Source of the DNA: Pirellulales bacterium
GTDB taxonomy: Bacteria; Planctomycetota; Planctomycetia; Pirellulales; Lacipirellulaceae
Assembly: GCA_040901765.1 (NCBI GenBank)
Contig: JBBDYG010000071.1
Coordinates: 44,645-108,644 of the forward strand
Direction of reading: 5' to 3'
Length of the DNA: 64,000 nt
The notes under the pieces were generated by a model, which saw only the letters and a list, made by a program, of their open reading frames with translations, had not been told where the DNA came from and searched no databases. The translations under genes and the position numbers were made by a program. Positions 50,026 through 60,314 of the stretch are shown here, piece by piece; the stretch's first letter is position 1; every line of letters begins with the position of its first letter.

Positions 50026-52929
50026 CTAGAGAAGCCGTCTTCGCCACGAATGATCATTATAAGTGGTAGCCCATTTTCCGGCACCCCCATTCAATCCGTC
50101 GGGGGGCGTGGCAAACGCCGCGGGGCAATCGGCTCGGCCACGAACGCCGCCGGGGTCGCGCCGCGCCCGCTGCGCCCCCCCGGGGTCGCCCGGAGGTGGC
50201 AGCGGCTCGTTCAACCCCGGATCGATGTCCGGCATTAGTTCTAACCCCGGCGGATGCCCTTCGGTGGGCACACCGGGTGGTAATTCTTCGCCGGAAGGCA
50301 AATTTCCCGCGTCTTCGTTCACGTCCGAATCGATCGGGGTCGGAGGTGTGCCTAGGCACTCCAGGATCGCCGCATACGGTATCTCCTGCTCCACCCGTAG
50401 CCCGCGGCCATCGATCTCCATCAGCCCCAGGTCGAATTCCAGGTTCATCCGTTGGACCTCGTAGTTGACCCACACGCTCAAAAAATCGTTCTGCACGAGC
50501 AGCAAGTCCGACAACGACTGCACCAGGTCGCGGGCCGTGGTCACGCCAAACTGGGTTTCAATGCCCGGCTTTGGCGGCTCGGCCAATCGCAACTGGGTGA
50601 TGTCCACCTGCGAAATGGCGACCATCACCGCCGCCCGACGCAGCTCGAAGTTCACTTCGTTCAGCTCGATCGTCCGCAGCGTGTTCCTCAGGCCTTGATA
50701 CACCCGGTCCACATACTGGTAATAGCTGCGCCGGGCCTGCGAGTATTCGATGAGCGATTGCCGGTAGACGTTCCGCTCGGCCAGCCGGGTGAGCGGGGGA
50801 TCCCACTGGACACCCATCCGCAAGCTGCCGTTTTCGCCACTGAGATTAAATGGATTGTCGCCCACGTTGCCAATGTCGCCTTCCACCACGATGTTCAAAT
50901 CGCCCTTCAGCGCGTTGGCGTTGAACGTAATCAGCCGCCACGTATCCACAAGCTGCGATCGGGCATTCATCCAGTCGAGCCGGTAGCGGCTGGCGATCGC
51001 CAGCGCCTGCACCGCCGACAATTCGACCGGCTCGAACGTGATCGCATCGATCCGCGCCCGGGCTTGCTCGATCGTCAGCTCCAGCAGCAAATTGCTCAGG
51101 TCGGTGACTTGCTGCGAAAGTTCGAGCGTATTGGCCCCCGGCCGCGATTCCGCCGCCGCGACACTTTGTTCGAGCCGTGCGAGCGTTTGATCGAAGCGAT
51201 TTTCCAGCAGCACCATGTTCTGTCGCACGGCTTCGACCCGCGCGTCAAGTCCCGCCGGGCTGAACAACTGGGGGTCAATTTGGGCGAGACGCACTTCTTC
51301 GCGTCCGGCCAGTCGCAGTAGGTGCGCGCGCCGCGCGGGCAAGGCCGCCTGGAGCGCCACGAAGTCCTGCCGAAGCGTTTCAAGTTGCACGCCGCTCTGG
51401 GCGATGATCTCGCGCAGCTCGCCGTTCAAGACGGGCCAATCGAGTTCCGCCGCCAATTCCGGCTGCGGGGCAGCACGCTCCTCGTCAGCCGCAAGGAACT
51501 CGCGCAGCCGCTCCAATGAGTTGCTCGTCCGCGTTTGCAAATCGGTAAGGTCGGGGTTGAGCAGATTGAACCGATCGAGCAGCGGATCCCTAATCACGGT
51601 CGGCATGTCGGGCGGCATGCCCATCTCGATCTTGAAGTTATCGAGCGTGGCCTCGAACGCCGCCTCGGAACCTAGTAATTGGCTCTGCGCGTTGTAGAGC
51701 GCCTGCCGCGCGAGATCGACTTGAAAGCGGTCGATGCGGCCGGCGTCGGTCGAGGCCTGCAACTGTTCGACGCTTTCGCGCAGCGCGGCGACGTTCGCAT
51801 ACTGATTGCGAAGCTCCTGCTGCGTTTGCAACAGTCCGATGTAACCGCCCGCCGCCGCTGCCCCGGCGCCGCCGGTGAAGCCGCCTTGTCCGCCGCCGCC
51901 GAAGCCGCCGAAGCCACCGACCCGGCCGAAGCCGCCGCCGCCCACGCCGCTAAAGCCTTCGAGTCCAGCCTCGCCGAAGAAGCCGCCGCGCCGCGATGGA
52001 CCTTCCCCGGCATCGCGACCCGTCGCAATGCTCAAGTAAAACCCGCCGCGATACCGCTCCATCGTACGCACGTTTGCGAGCAGCGCCCGCTCCGAGAGCG
52101 TGAGCCGCTCGAGCACCCGCGCCCGGCCGCCGAACCGCAGCAGCGGTTGAATGAACGTGAAGTCGATCAGCGTCTGCCCGCGGTAGTCGTCCGGCCCGGC
52201 GAACTGCCACATCAGCGAGTTGGCGATCCCCGCCACGAACTCGCCGCCGAACGCATTCAACCGTTCAACGCGATACGGATTAGCGAATCGCGACGGGCTG
52301 ACATCGAGAATGCTCGACCCGCTTGGTCGGCCCGATCGCACCGGGCCTTGCACCGTGTAAAAAATCGACGACCCGCCGAAGAATTGCGCGTCGAACCGGA
52401 ACCGCTCGAACGACACGTCGAGCGCCGATAGGTACAGCTCTTCCAACTGGTCCTGGTACTCGGGCGATTGCAACAGCGCGAGCTGAACCGCGGCCGGCAA
52501 GTCGAGCACCACCTTTCCCTGGTCATCGTGGGGAACGTATGGCTTCCAATCGGGGTTCTCGATGTTCGGCGTCCGCGGCGCCTTCCGCCACTGCGGCGCG
52601 TTCCGCATGCCGTCCACCACTTCCATGTACCGATGCGACGTCGGATCATCTGGCGGCATCGGCGGGAAGTCGGGGTCATACGGGCTATACATCCGCGACC
52701 GCGGATCGATGTCAATGCGGAACTCGCCCGGCACATCTCCAGCCGCGGTCAACTTCTGATCCGTAAGGCAATACGCATCGCGATCGGCCTGCGTGCGATA
52801 GTGCGACCGCGTACAACCAGCCAGCACCGCCAGCAGGCTCGCGACCCAAAAGAAAGCGCGTACTCTCTCTGGCCGATAGCCGACAGCCGATAGCCGACCG
52901 CCAAATCGCGTTGATTTTCGTCGGCTCAT
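50026..52929 (-). CDS. TolC-family outer membrane efflux lipoprotein with Gly-rich insert and Pro-rich C-terminal tail
   Basis: Lipobox LAVLAGC. LDLPAAVQLALLQSPEYQ TolC-repeat blocks. GGGGFGRVGGFGGFGGGGQGGFTGG insert. About 130-aa Pro-rich tail. Confidence 0.75.
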   Translation of the reverse strand: MSRRKSTRFGGRLSAVGYRPERVRAFFWVASLLAVLAGCTRSHYRTQADRDAYCLTDQKLTAAGDVPGEFRIDIDPRSRMYSPYDPDFPPMPPDDPTSHRYMEVVDGMRNAPQWRKAPRTPNIENPDWKPYVPHDDQGKVVLDLPAAVQLALLQSPEYQDQLEELYLSALDVSFERFRFDAQFFGGSSIFYTVQGPVRSGRPSGSSILDVSPSRFANPYRVERLNAFGGEFVAGIANSLMWQFAGPDDYRGQTLIDFTFIQPLLRFGGRARVLERLTLSERALLANVRTMERYRGGFYLSIATGRDAGEGPSRRGGFFGEAGLEGFSGVGGGGFGRVGGFGGFGGGGQGGFTGGAGAAAAGGYIGLLQTQQELRNQYANVAALRESVEQLQASTDAGRIDRFQVDLARQALYNAQSQLLGSEAAFEATLDNFKIEMGMPPDMPTVIRDPLLDRFNLLNPDLTDLQTRTSNSLERLREFLAADEERAAPQPELAAELDWPVLNGELREIIAQSGVQLETLRQDFVALQAALPARRAHLLRLAGREEVRLAQIDPQLFSPAGLDARVEAVRQNMVLLENRFDQTLARLEQSVAAAESRPGANTLELSQQVTDLSNLLLELTIEQARARIDAITFEPVELSAVQALAIASRYRLDWMNARSQLVDTWRLITFNANALKGDLNIVVEGDIGNVGDNPFNLSGENGSLRMGVQWDPPLTRLAERNVYRQSLIEYSQARRSYYQYVDRVYQGLRNTLRTIELNEVNFELRRAAVMVAISQVDITQLRLAEPPKPGIETQFGVTTARDLVQSLSDLLLVQNDFLSVWVNYEVQRMNLEFDLGLMEIDGRGLRVEQEIPYAAILECLGTPPTPIDSDVNEDAGNLPSGEELPPGVPTEGHPPGLELMPDIDPGLNEPLPPPGDPGGAQRARRDPGGVRGRADCPAAFATPPDGLNGGAGKWATTYNDHSWRRRLL

Positions 52930-53254
52930 TGACAGTGCGGTGTCAATCGTAGAGGAGGGGTCGAGAAAAGCGCGCGGCACCGCCGCTGCAAACTTTAATT
53001 CGGCCCCGCGCGCCGGCACACTTGAGCGCCACCGGCAAACTCGCCGCAGATTGCGGCGATGAGTGATGGCCTGCTAGCGATGCGGGCAATGGACCCCCTC
53101 CCCCGCCGCGGAGGAGGGGCTAGGAGAGGGGGCATTCGCTCGAAGTCCCGCCTTTAGGCGGCTTCGGCTGAGATGCCGACCAGAATTGCATTTCGGCCTG
53201 AGTGAGATACCATGAATTAGAGGTTCATCCGCCGTCCAGACCAACTTTACTTCT

Positions 53255-53590
53255 ATGCCGCTTCCCCTCCAAGCCGATATGCCGCCGCTGACGCAGTCCC
53301 CAGACGGAGTGGTGCGCATCGCCGACACCCGCATTCCACTGGAGCGCGTCGTGCGGGCGTTCTTAGCCGGCATGACCCCCGAGCAAATTGTTCACGATTT
53401 CGATGTTCTGTCGGTGGAGCAGGTGTATTCGGTGGTCAACTACTACTTGCACCACCGCGCCGAAGTCGACGCCTACTTGGCTAATGCCGATCAAGAGGCG
53501 GCGCAAACTCGACTCGACGTAGAAAAACAGTTCGATCCGGTCGGAATCCGCGCCCGCCTACTCGCCCGACGATCCGCCCAGGCTGGCTGA
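53255..53590 (+). CDS. DUF433 antitoxin-like protein
   Basis: VVRIADTRIPLERVVRAFLAGMTPEQIVHDFDVLSVEQVYSVVNYY DUF433 core. Confidence 0.6.
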   Translation: MPLPLQADMPPLTQSPDGVVRIADTRIPLERVVRAFLAGMTPEQIVHDFDVLSVEQVYSVVNYYLHHRAEVDAYLANADQEAAQTRLDVEKQFDPVGIRARLLARRSAQAG

Positions 53591-53591
53591 G

Positions 53592-53945
53592 ATGATTCGC
53601 TTCTTCGCCGATGAAGATTTTAACGGGCGAATCGTTCGCGGATTACTGCGTCGCAAGCGCGAACTCGATCTCGTCCGTGTGCAAAGTGTGGGGCTAGCCG
53701 GTGCCGGCGACGAAATAATCCTGCAATGGGCAGAAGAAACGGGCCGCGTGGTAATCAGCCACGACACTCGCACCATGCCTCGCCACTTCCGCGACCGTCT
53801 TGCCGCGGGATTGCATGTCCCCGGAGTTTTCATCGTGGACGATTTCGCTTCCATTGGCGCGTGCATTGATGATCTCGTTCTAGTCGCCGAATGCAGCGAT
53901 CCAGACGAGTGGCGAGATCAGATTTTCTATTTGCCGTGGAAGTAA
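53592..53945 (+). CDS. DUF5615 (PIN-like) toxin candidate
   Basis: MIRFFADEDFNGRIVRGL...GDEIILQWAEETGRVVISHDTR. Adjacent to DUF433 with a 1-nt gap. Confidence 0.6.
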   Translation: MIRFFADEDFNGRIVRGLLRRKRELDLVRVQSVGLAGAGDEIILQWAEETGRVVISHDTRTMPRHFRDRLAAGLHVPGVFIVDDFASIGACIDDLVLVAECSDPDEWRDQIFYLPWK

Positions 53946-54056
53946 GAGTGCCTCCTGTCCCCCTCCTCGCCGATGTTATCCTTTGCAACGACGCGTCGCC
54001 ACCGATACACTGATTGCGGACGCATGTCGTCTGTTAATCTTGGAGCGGACTGTAGC

Positions 54057-55019
54057 ATGAATGAGTTGTTAGCCCACCATTACCCTCCAGAGTTAATGAC
54101 GCTGTTGATTGACGCAATTCCGCGACTTATCAAAGGCAAGAAAGATGTGTTAACGTTTTTTCGTGGATGTGGCGTCAACCCACAACTGTATGCTGACCTT
54201 GAGCAAATCGTTAAATTCAATCGCGACACCATCACCAAGTTCGAGATCGTACGTCAAGTGCTTAGCCGCCTCAACGACAAAGGCGACGCGACACTTGCTT
54301 CGCGGCGCGAAATCCTCAAGAGAGTAACGCAATGGGATGATTTCTCTACCTGCTACGACAACCAGCGGATTGAAGCAAAAGGATACGTTGGAGAAATTCA
54401 AAAGCTCGTAAATGTTAAGGATTCTTTCACCAGAATTAATCTTGAACGAGAGAAGGAGCGATTGGATCGCGTAGCTCAGCATAAGGCTGAAATTGCCCAG
54501 CAGCAGCAAATCGCGACTGACCGTTCCCAAATCAAGTCTGAAATGTTTGGCTTGTTTGCGGAGACGAATTTCCACAAGCGAGGAAAATCGCTTGAGAAGG
54601 TGCTTAACGCTCTCTTCAAGTCGTATAACATTTTGATTCGCGAGGATTTCAAACGCATTGGGAACGCCGGGGAAGGTATCGTCGAACAGATTGACGGAGT
54701 TGTCGAACTTGACGGAGAAGTTTACTTAGTCGAACTGAAGTGGTGGTCCGATCCGTTGGGAGTAGCCGAGGTATCGCAACACCTGGTCCGCGTATTCACT
54801 CGCCATGCCGCACGAGGAATTCTCATTTCTCAATCGGGTTATACCGATCCAGCAATTACAATCTGCCGAGATTCACTTGCGAGAAGCGTATTTGTTCTCG
54901 CAACACTTGAAGAAATCGTTTTGTTGTTGGAGCGAGATGAATCACTTGTGAAATTGCTGCGCACGAAGGTTCAGGCAGCGATTGTCGAAAAAAATCCTTT
55001 CGTTCAGCCGCTGCGATAG
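54057..55019 (+). CDS. Mrr-like restriction endonuclease-domain protein with uncharacterised N-terminal domain (low GC)
   Basis: C-terminal GEGIVEQIDGVVELDGEVYLVELKWW PD-(D/E)xK / Mrr_cat-like block. N-terminal ~190 aa with no recognised motif. Local GC about 45%. Confidence 0.5.
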   Translation: MNELLAHHYPPELMTLLIDAIPRLIKGKKDVLTFFRGCGVNPQLYADLEQIVKFNRDTITKFEIVRQVLSRLNDKGDATLASRREILKRVTQWDDFSTCYDNQRIEAKGYVGEIQKLVNVKDSFTRINLEREKERLDRVAQHKAEIAQQQQIATDRSQIKSEMFGLFAETNFHKRGKSLEKVLNALFKSYNILIREDFKRIGNAGEGIVEQIDGVVELDGEVYLVELKWWSDPLGVAEVSQHLVRVFTRHAARGILISQSGYTDPAITICRDSLARSVFVLATLEEIVLLLERDESLVKLLRTKVQAAIVEKNPFVQPLR

Positions 55020-55146
55020 CACATAGCTCCGAGCGATTTTGCGATTCCGGCGGGAACTACAACTGCCAGAACACGCCTTGCGCGTTGTGTTTGTATGCGC
55101 CCGCGCGATCTATCCAAGCTGGAGCATCAAATTCTAACGGCGATGC

Positions 55147-56149
55147 TTAGAGGCCTAATTGTTGAAGGTCCGCTATTCGATGCTGCCACACCCAGTCAAT
55201 CCCCTCGCCGGCCTGCGTTCCGAGGTACCCCCCATCGCAGTACCCGCCGAGCATGAGTACGAAGGGTACGTTGTCTCCGTAATTCATACGTAGGCCGCCC
55301 GCAATGTCGTGTTGCGCATCCTTATTCCGAATAGCAGCTGCAAAGCTGTCGTGCGATTGAACATTCATCAGCACGGGCAATCCATCAGCGCGTTGTTCGT
55401 TTGGTCTAACAATCACGTCAATTGGCAACAGCCCTTTTCTTCCCATCGATGCTGGGACAATCGCATTCGTAAGGTAAGTACCTGATCCGCTAATGGAGTG
55501 AAATCCACGATCGGAGTCCACCAACTCCCGATATCCCCGCGATTCAAGATAAACCCTTAAGACATTTAACTGCTGACGCTTTCGTTCGGAGCACACGATG
55601 TCGTTGGCTACGCCGCCGCACAATCGGTCCGCGACAATCGTGGCCGCCCTGATACCGTTCGGTCTTCGTCGCACGTCGGCCGGCCTCAAGCCACGGAAAA
55701 ATATCTTGGTCGAGCATCTGCTTGACAATGTTCAGAATGCTGTTAAGCTCCCGCACCAGCACGCCATCACCACGGTCGCGCGGCAGCGTACCTTTTTCCA
55801 AGGCACCGACGATGCTCTTCCGCACGTCGGCTAAACCGATCAATCGGTCGCGTGCTAACGGCGGACAGGTTGCCATCCGCAACGTCATCAAGCGGGCGGG
55901 ATGCGCCTGAAGAAACTCGACCGAGATCGCCGAGAAATCTCGCGTCAATTGCAACGTCTCTTCGACCACTTCCGTGGTCTTAAGCCGTTGTTCGCGAAAC
56001 GTCTTCGGCGCAAACTTGAGAAACCAGCGATTAAACAGGTCAACCGATTGAGCGATATCGGCCTTCCAAAGCGTGGGTTTGTCGGCATTGATGGCCATGA
56101 AGTGCGCTCCGTGCAAAGCACTATACCGCGAAGTATGTTCATCGTCCAC
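55147..56149 (-). pseudogene. frameshifted hypothetical gene (two overlapping ORFs 55544..56149 and 55147..55728)
   Basis: The N-terminal ORF is well-formed to ...DQDIFPWLEAG, then degenerates to Arg-rich sequence. The -1 frame ORF continues with ...AATIVADRLCGG...GGYCDGGYLG. Switch around 55670-55700, near an A5 run. GC lower than the genome. Confidence 0.4.
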
Positions 56150-56709
56150 GACCCAGTACGGTAGCAGGCAGAAACGGCCTCGCCGCGATTTTCATTGCGA
56201 CATTGGATGCACCCCGACAATCTCCCAACTTTCTCCTAGAAAAGAGCCATCCGATTCGCTACACTACTATACATTCGTATCAACCCCGAATACCGGAGAG
56301 CGGAAAGCCAAAAGCGGGCCGGCGGTGCGCGCCGTGAATCGAACATCACTCCGCCCCGCTCAAAACTCGACTAACGCCCCCGAACCGCCCGAGAAACCCC
56401 ACCAACAATGTAAGTAAAGTCGAAGGCTTTTGAACGCGCTGCGGGCCGCTTTCCCTGTATTTCCAGGCAAAAACCCGCTGGCCGCCGGACAAAACTCACC
56501 GCATTTTGAAAACTTAAACTCACTTTGCCACGCAGGGTCAAAACCCCGCAAACCCTGGAAGCAGCCGGCAGCCGGCAGCAGGCAGTATGAAGCGCAGCGG
56601 CCAGCGCCGCATGTTTTCCTTCACTGCCGTCTGCTCGCTGCCTGCTTCCTACCACTGACGGATTCTGCCCGCCTTTCGTTTTTCCGTGTCGCCCTCCACA
56701 ATTACGACC

Positions 56710-57501
56710 ATGCCAACCCTTAACGCCGTCACGCAACTGCTGGAGCAAGTTGCCCCGCCCGCGCTCGCGGAGACGTGGGACAACGTGGGTCTGCTCGTGG
56801 GGGACCGGGCGCGGGAGGTGAAACGATTGATGACATGCCTCACGATCACCCCGGCAAGCGCTCGCGAGGCGATCGATGGGCGAGCCGATCTGATTGTGAC
56901 GCATCATCCGCTCCCGTTTCAGCCGGTGCGACAGGTGACGACCGACACCACCGCGGGGCGGTTGCTGTGGGAATTGATTGGAGCGCAGATTGCCATTTAC
57001 AGCCCGCACACGGCATTCGATTCGGCGCGGGCCGGCATCAACGCCTATCTGGCTGAAGGGTTGAAACTAAAGAATGTTGCGCCGCTCGTGCCCGTTGCGG
57101 CTCAGGATGTGACCGAAGGCGCCGGCCGGCATGGCGAAGTCACCGCGCCCACCACGCTGGCGACCCTTGCGCGCGATGTCAAGCAATTCCTTCAACTCGA
57201 TCGAATGCGCGTCGTTGGAGCGGACGATCAAGTGGTAACGCGGATCGGCATCGCGTGCGGCAGCGGTGGGTCGTTGCTCGACGCCGCGAAAGCAGTAGGA
57301 TGCGATGCGTTTCTCACGGGAGAAGCGACTTTTCACACCTGTCTTGAAGCCGAAGCGCGTGGGATGGCGCTCGTGTTGGCGGGCCACTTTGCGAGCGAAC
57401 ACTTTGCCGTGGAACGGCTCGCCGATTGGCTGGCGGCGCAGCTACCCGAAGTGGAAGTCTGGGCGAGCCGCGACGAGCGCGACCCGCTGCGCACGATGTA
57501 A
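56710..57501 (+). CDS. Nif3-like dinuclear metal center protein (YqfO/NIF3 family)
   Basis: DNVGLLVGD...RLMTCLTIT...DLIVTHHP signature. Confidence 0.75.
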   Translation: MPTLNAVTQLLEQVAPPALAETWDNVGLLVGDRAREVKRLMTCLTITPASAREAIDGRADLIVTHHPLPFQPVRQVTTDTTAGRLLWELIGAQIAIYSPHTAFDSARAGINAYLAEGLKLKNVAPLVPVAAQDVTEGAGRHGEVTAPTTLATLARDVKQFLQLDRMRVVGADDQVVTRIGIACGSGGSLLDAAKAVGCDAFLTGEATFHTCLEAEARGMALVLAGHFASEHFAVERLADWLAAQLPEVEVWASRDERDPLRTM

Positions 57502-57513
57502 GCCGTACGACTT

Positions 57514-57726
57514 CTAATGAGCCACCGGCACGAGTGGCTCGATGCGAGTGATGTGCAAATTCGATATCTGGTGAATCAGGCCGTCGATGACCACCCCCGA
57601 CGTACGTTTGCCGACTGCGATCGATCCCATTCGAGGGATGTCAACCGTCCGTCCGTCACTCAAATGAAGTCGCTTTGGCTCGAACGGCTCGGTGAGCACT
57701 GCAAGACGTAGTTCTTCTTCGTTCAT
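57514..57726 (-). CDS. small hypothetical protein (70 aa)
   Basis: MNEEELRLAVLTEPFEPKRLHLSDGRTVDIPRMGSIAVGK... from the internal ATG. No known motif. Confidence 0.3.
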   Translation of the reverse strand: MNEEELRLAVLTEPFEPKRLHLSDGRTVDIPRMGSIAVGKRTSGVVIDGLIHQISNLHITRIEPLVPVAH

Positions 57727-57922
57727 GTATTGCTCGTTCTGTCGGTTCGCGTTTGCCCGCCGTGGAACCGGTTGGCCGTCAATCGCGGCTATCTGCATTA
57801 TACCATTCGTCCATACGGCTTGCGAGGAGTGTCGCACGCCCGCTCAGGTTGACCCCTTCCCGGCCCGGTCTAGAATGGCACCAGTGGCATCGGCTAATGG
57901 AAACGAAGATCGGTGGCAAACG

Positions 57923-58687
57923 ATGAAACAGTCTCTACGCTATCTGACTGCGTTGCCCGTGTTCAACGAGGCGTCGCACGTGACGCCCGTGCTGAACGAG
58001 GTCGCCCGTTACGCCGCCGATGTGCTGGTGGTCGACGACGGGTCGAGTGATGGCACCGGCGCGATGCTTGCGGCGCGAGACGATATTCGCGTCCTCACGC
58101 ATCCCGAGAATCGCGGCTATGGCGCGGCGCTTCATTCGGCGTTTCAGTACGCAGTCGAGCACGAATACGACGCGATCGTTACGATCGACTGCGATGGCCA
58201 GCACGAGCCGCAACGCATCAACCAGTTGGTCGAGGCACTACGGCACGCGGACATCGTTTCGGGAAGCCGGTATCTTAACACACCGCTAGAATTGGCGCAG
58301 CTCGCGCCCGCCGATCGGCGGCGGATCAATCTCACCATCACGCAGGAGCTTAACCAACGGTTGGGCCTCACGCTGACCGATGCGTTTTGCGGGTTCAAGG
58401 CCTACCGCACGTGCGCGTTGCAGAAGCTGCAATTGTCGGAGCCAGGCTACGCGATGCCGCTCGAGTTGTGGGTTCAAGCTGCGCACGCTCGGTTGCGAAT
58501 CGTTGAAGTTCCCGTGCCGCTCATCTATCTCGATGAGAAGCGCAGCTTCGGCGGTAGTCTCGATGACGCACAAACGCGGATTGACTATTATCGCCGGGTG
58601 ATCGATAAGGCATTGGCGGAAGTGGCCACCCCGATGACAACGGTGTGGGACTGCGAACCTTATGTGGCGAGTTGCGGGCAATGCTGA
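57923..58687 (+). CDS. glycosyltransferase family 2 (DPM1-like)
   Basis: LPVFNEASHV...VVDDGSSDGT...DCDGQHEP GT2 DxD blocks. Start at the internal ATG (MKQSLRYL). Confidence 0.75.
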   Translation: MKQSLRYLTALPVFNEASHVTPVLNEVARYAADVLVVDDGSSDGTGAMLAARDDIRVLTHPENRGYGAALHSAFQYAVEHEYDAIVTIDCDGQHEPQRINQLVEALRHADIVSGSRYLNTPLELAQLAPADRRRINLTITQELNQRLGLTLTDAFCGFKAYRTCALQKLQLSEPGYAMPLELWVQAAHARLRIVEVPVPLIYLDEKRSFGGSLDDAQTRIDYYRRVIDKALAEVATPMTTVWDCEPYVASCGQC

Positions 58688-60303
58688 CTGAGCCGGCGAC
58701 GAAATACCCGCGCTTCCGCGCTCCGCGCGAAGACAACCAAGCGCTGGTCGTGCCGCGTTGCGGCGCCGTGGGGCAACTACTGGCCGCCAATCGAGAGCGG
58801 ATCGCCATTCACGACTATAACGTGCAAGGCCGCTCGATCGTGGAGCTTGCCCAAAGCGCGCGGCGGGCGGTCGTCGAACGGGCGGTGCAGTTTACCGCCG
58901 ACTATCGCGATGTGCCGGTCGCGTGGCGCGATCCGCAGTTCATCCGTACGCAGCCGCTATTCATCGCGGGGCACCAACCGGAGCTTGTTCACCCGGGCGT
59001 TTGGTTCAAGAACTTTGTCTTGGGAGGTCTCGCACATCAGCACAACGGCGTGGCGTTGCAATTGGTGATCGACACCGATCTGTGCCGCGCGGCGGCGATA
59101 CGCGTGCCGACTGGATCGATCAAAACACCTCGCATGGAAGTCGTTTCTTACGACGCACAACTTGCGGAACAGCCCTACGAAGAGCGGCGAGTGGACGATT
59201 TGGCGCTCGCCGCCGGTTTCCCCTCACGCGTCGAGAACGCGATTCGCCCGTTCATCGCCCAGCCGCTTGTGGCGCAGCTTTGGCCGCACGTGATGGAGTC
59301 GCTAGGTCGTCACGGCAATCTGGGCATGGCACTAGCGCAGGGCCGGCATTGGGTCGAGGCCCAGTGGGGTAATCAGACGGTCGAACTACCGGCAAGTCAG
59401 GTTTGCGAGTTGACCGAGTTCCGCTGGTTCGCGAGTCATGTGCTCGCCCAACTGCCACGGTTTCGGCAGGCCTATAACGGCGCGCTGGCCGACTATCGCC
59501 AGGTGCATGGCGTGCGGAATAAAGCCCAACCGCTACCGAACCTCGCGGCGGCCGACGACTGGTTGGAATCGCCATTCTGGGTGTGGACTTCTCAGCGGCC
59601 AGTCCGCCGATCGCTATGGGTGCGCCGCGCCGGCATTCGACTCCAACTCACGGACCGCGACCAGATTGAGTTCGAGTTGGAATTGGCCGAATCGGGCGAC
59701 GCCGCGCGGGCCGTCGACCAGTTGACCGACATCGCCGCCAGGGGTATCAAACTCCGCTCCCGGGCGCTCATTACAACACTTTTCGCGCGACTGATGCTGG
59801 GCGACCTATTCTTGCACGGCATCGGCGGCGCAAAGTACGACCAAGTGACCGACGAGTTAGCCCGAAGGTTTTTCGGCTTCGCTCCCCCGGGCTACATGAC
59901 GCTCTCGGCCACATTGCGCCTGCCGATCGAGCATGAATCCGTCAACCGCGAGCACCTTCATGAGTTATCGCACGAATTACGGGAGCTTACGTTTCATCCA
60001 GAAAAGCATCTGGAGTCGTCCAATGGAGAAGTTGCCGCAATCGTGTCCAGCAAACAGTGTTGGATTGCAGCGCCGACAACGCCGGCAAATGCAGCCGAGC
60101 GCCACCACGCAATTGTTGCCGCCAACGAGTTGTTGCAACCCTGGGTCGCGCAACGCCGAGAAGCACTTCTCGCGCGACAGAGCGATGGTCGGGAGCGACT
60201 GCGCGCAAGCGCGATTCTCGAGTTGCGCGAATACGCCTTTTGCTTGTTTCCGGCAAACGACTTGCGGCGACGGCTATCGGACTTAGCCGATCGAGGAGCC
60301 TGA
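58681..60303 (+). CDS. hypothetical 540-aa protein (faint BshC-like GGQQ-type motif; speculative)
   Basis: IAGHQPELVHPGVWFKNF resembles the VGGQQAGLLTGPLYT block remembered from bacillithiol ligase BshC. ATGCTGA start overlaps the GT2 stop. Confidence 0.4.
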   Translation: MLTEPATKYPRFRAPREDNQALVVPRCGAVGQLLAANRERIAIHDYNVQGRSIVELAQSARRAVVERAVQFTADYRDVPVAWRDPQFIRTQPLFIAGHQPELVHPGVWFKNFVLGGLAHQHNGVALQLVIDTDLCRAAAIRVPTGSIKTPRMEVVSYDAQLAEQPYEERRVDDLALAAGFPSRVENAIRPFIAQPLVAQLWPHVMESLGRHGNLGMALAQGRHWVEAQWGNQTVELPASQVCELTEFRWFASHVLAQLPRFRQAYNGALADYRQVHGVRNKAQPLPNLAAADDWLESPFWVWTSQRPVRRSLWVRRAGIRLQLTDRDQIEFELELAESGDAARAVDQLTDIAARGIKLRSRALITTLFARLMLGDLFLHGIGGAKYDQVTDELARRFFGFAPPGYMTLSATLRLPIEHESVNREHLHELSHELRELTFHPEKHLESSNGEVAAIVSSKQCWIAAPTTPANAAERHHAIVAANELLQPWVAQRREALLARQSDGRERLRASAILELREYAFCLFPANDLRRRLSDLADRGA

Positions 60304-60314
60304 GCGTTTCCGCA

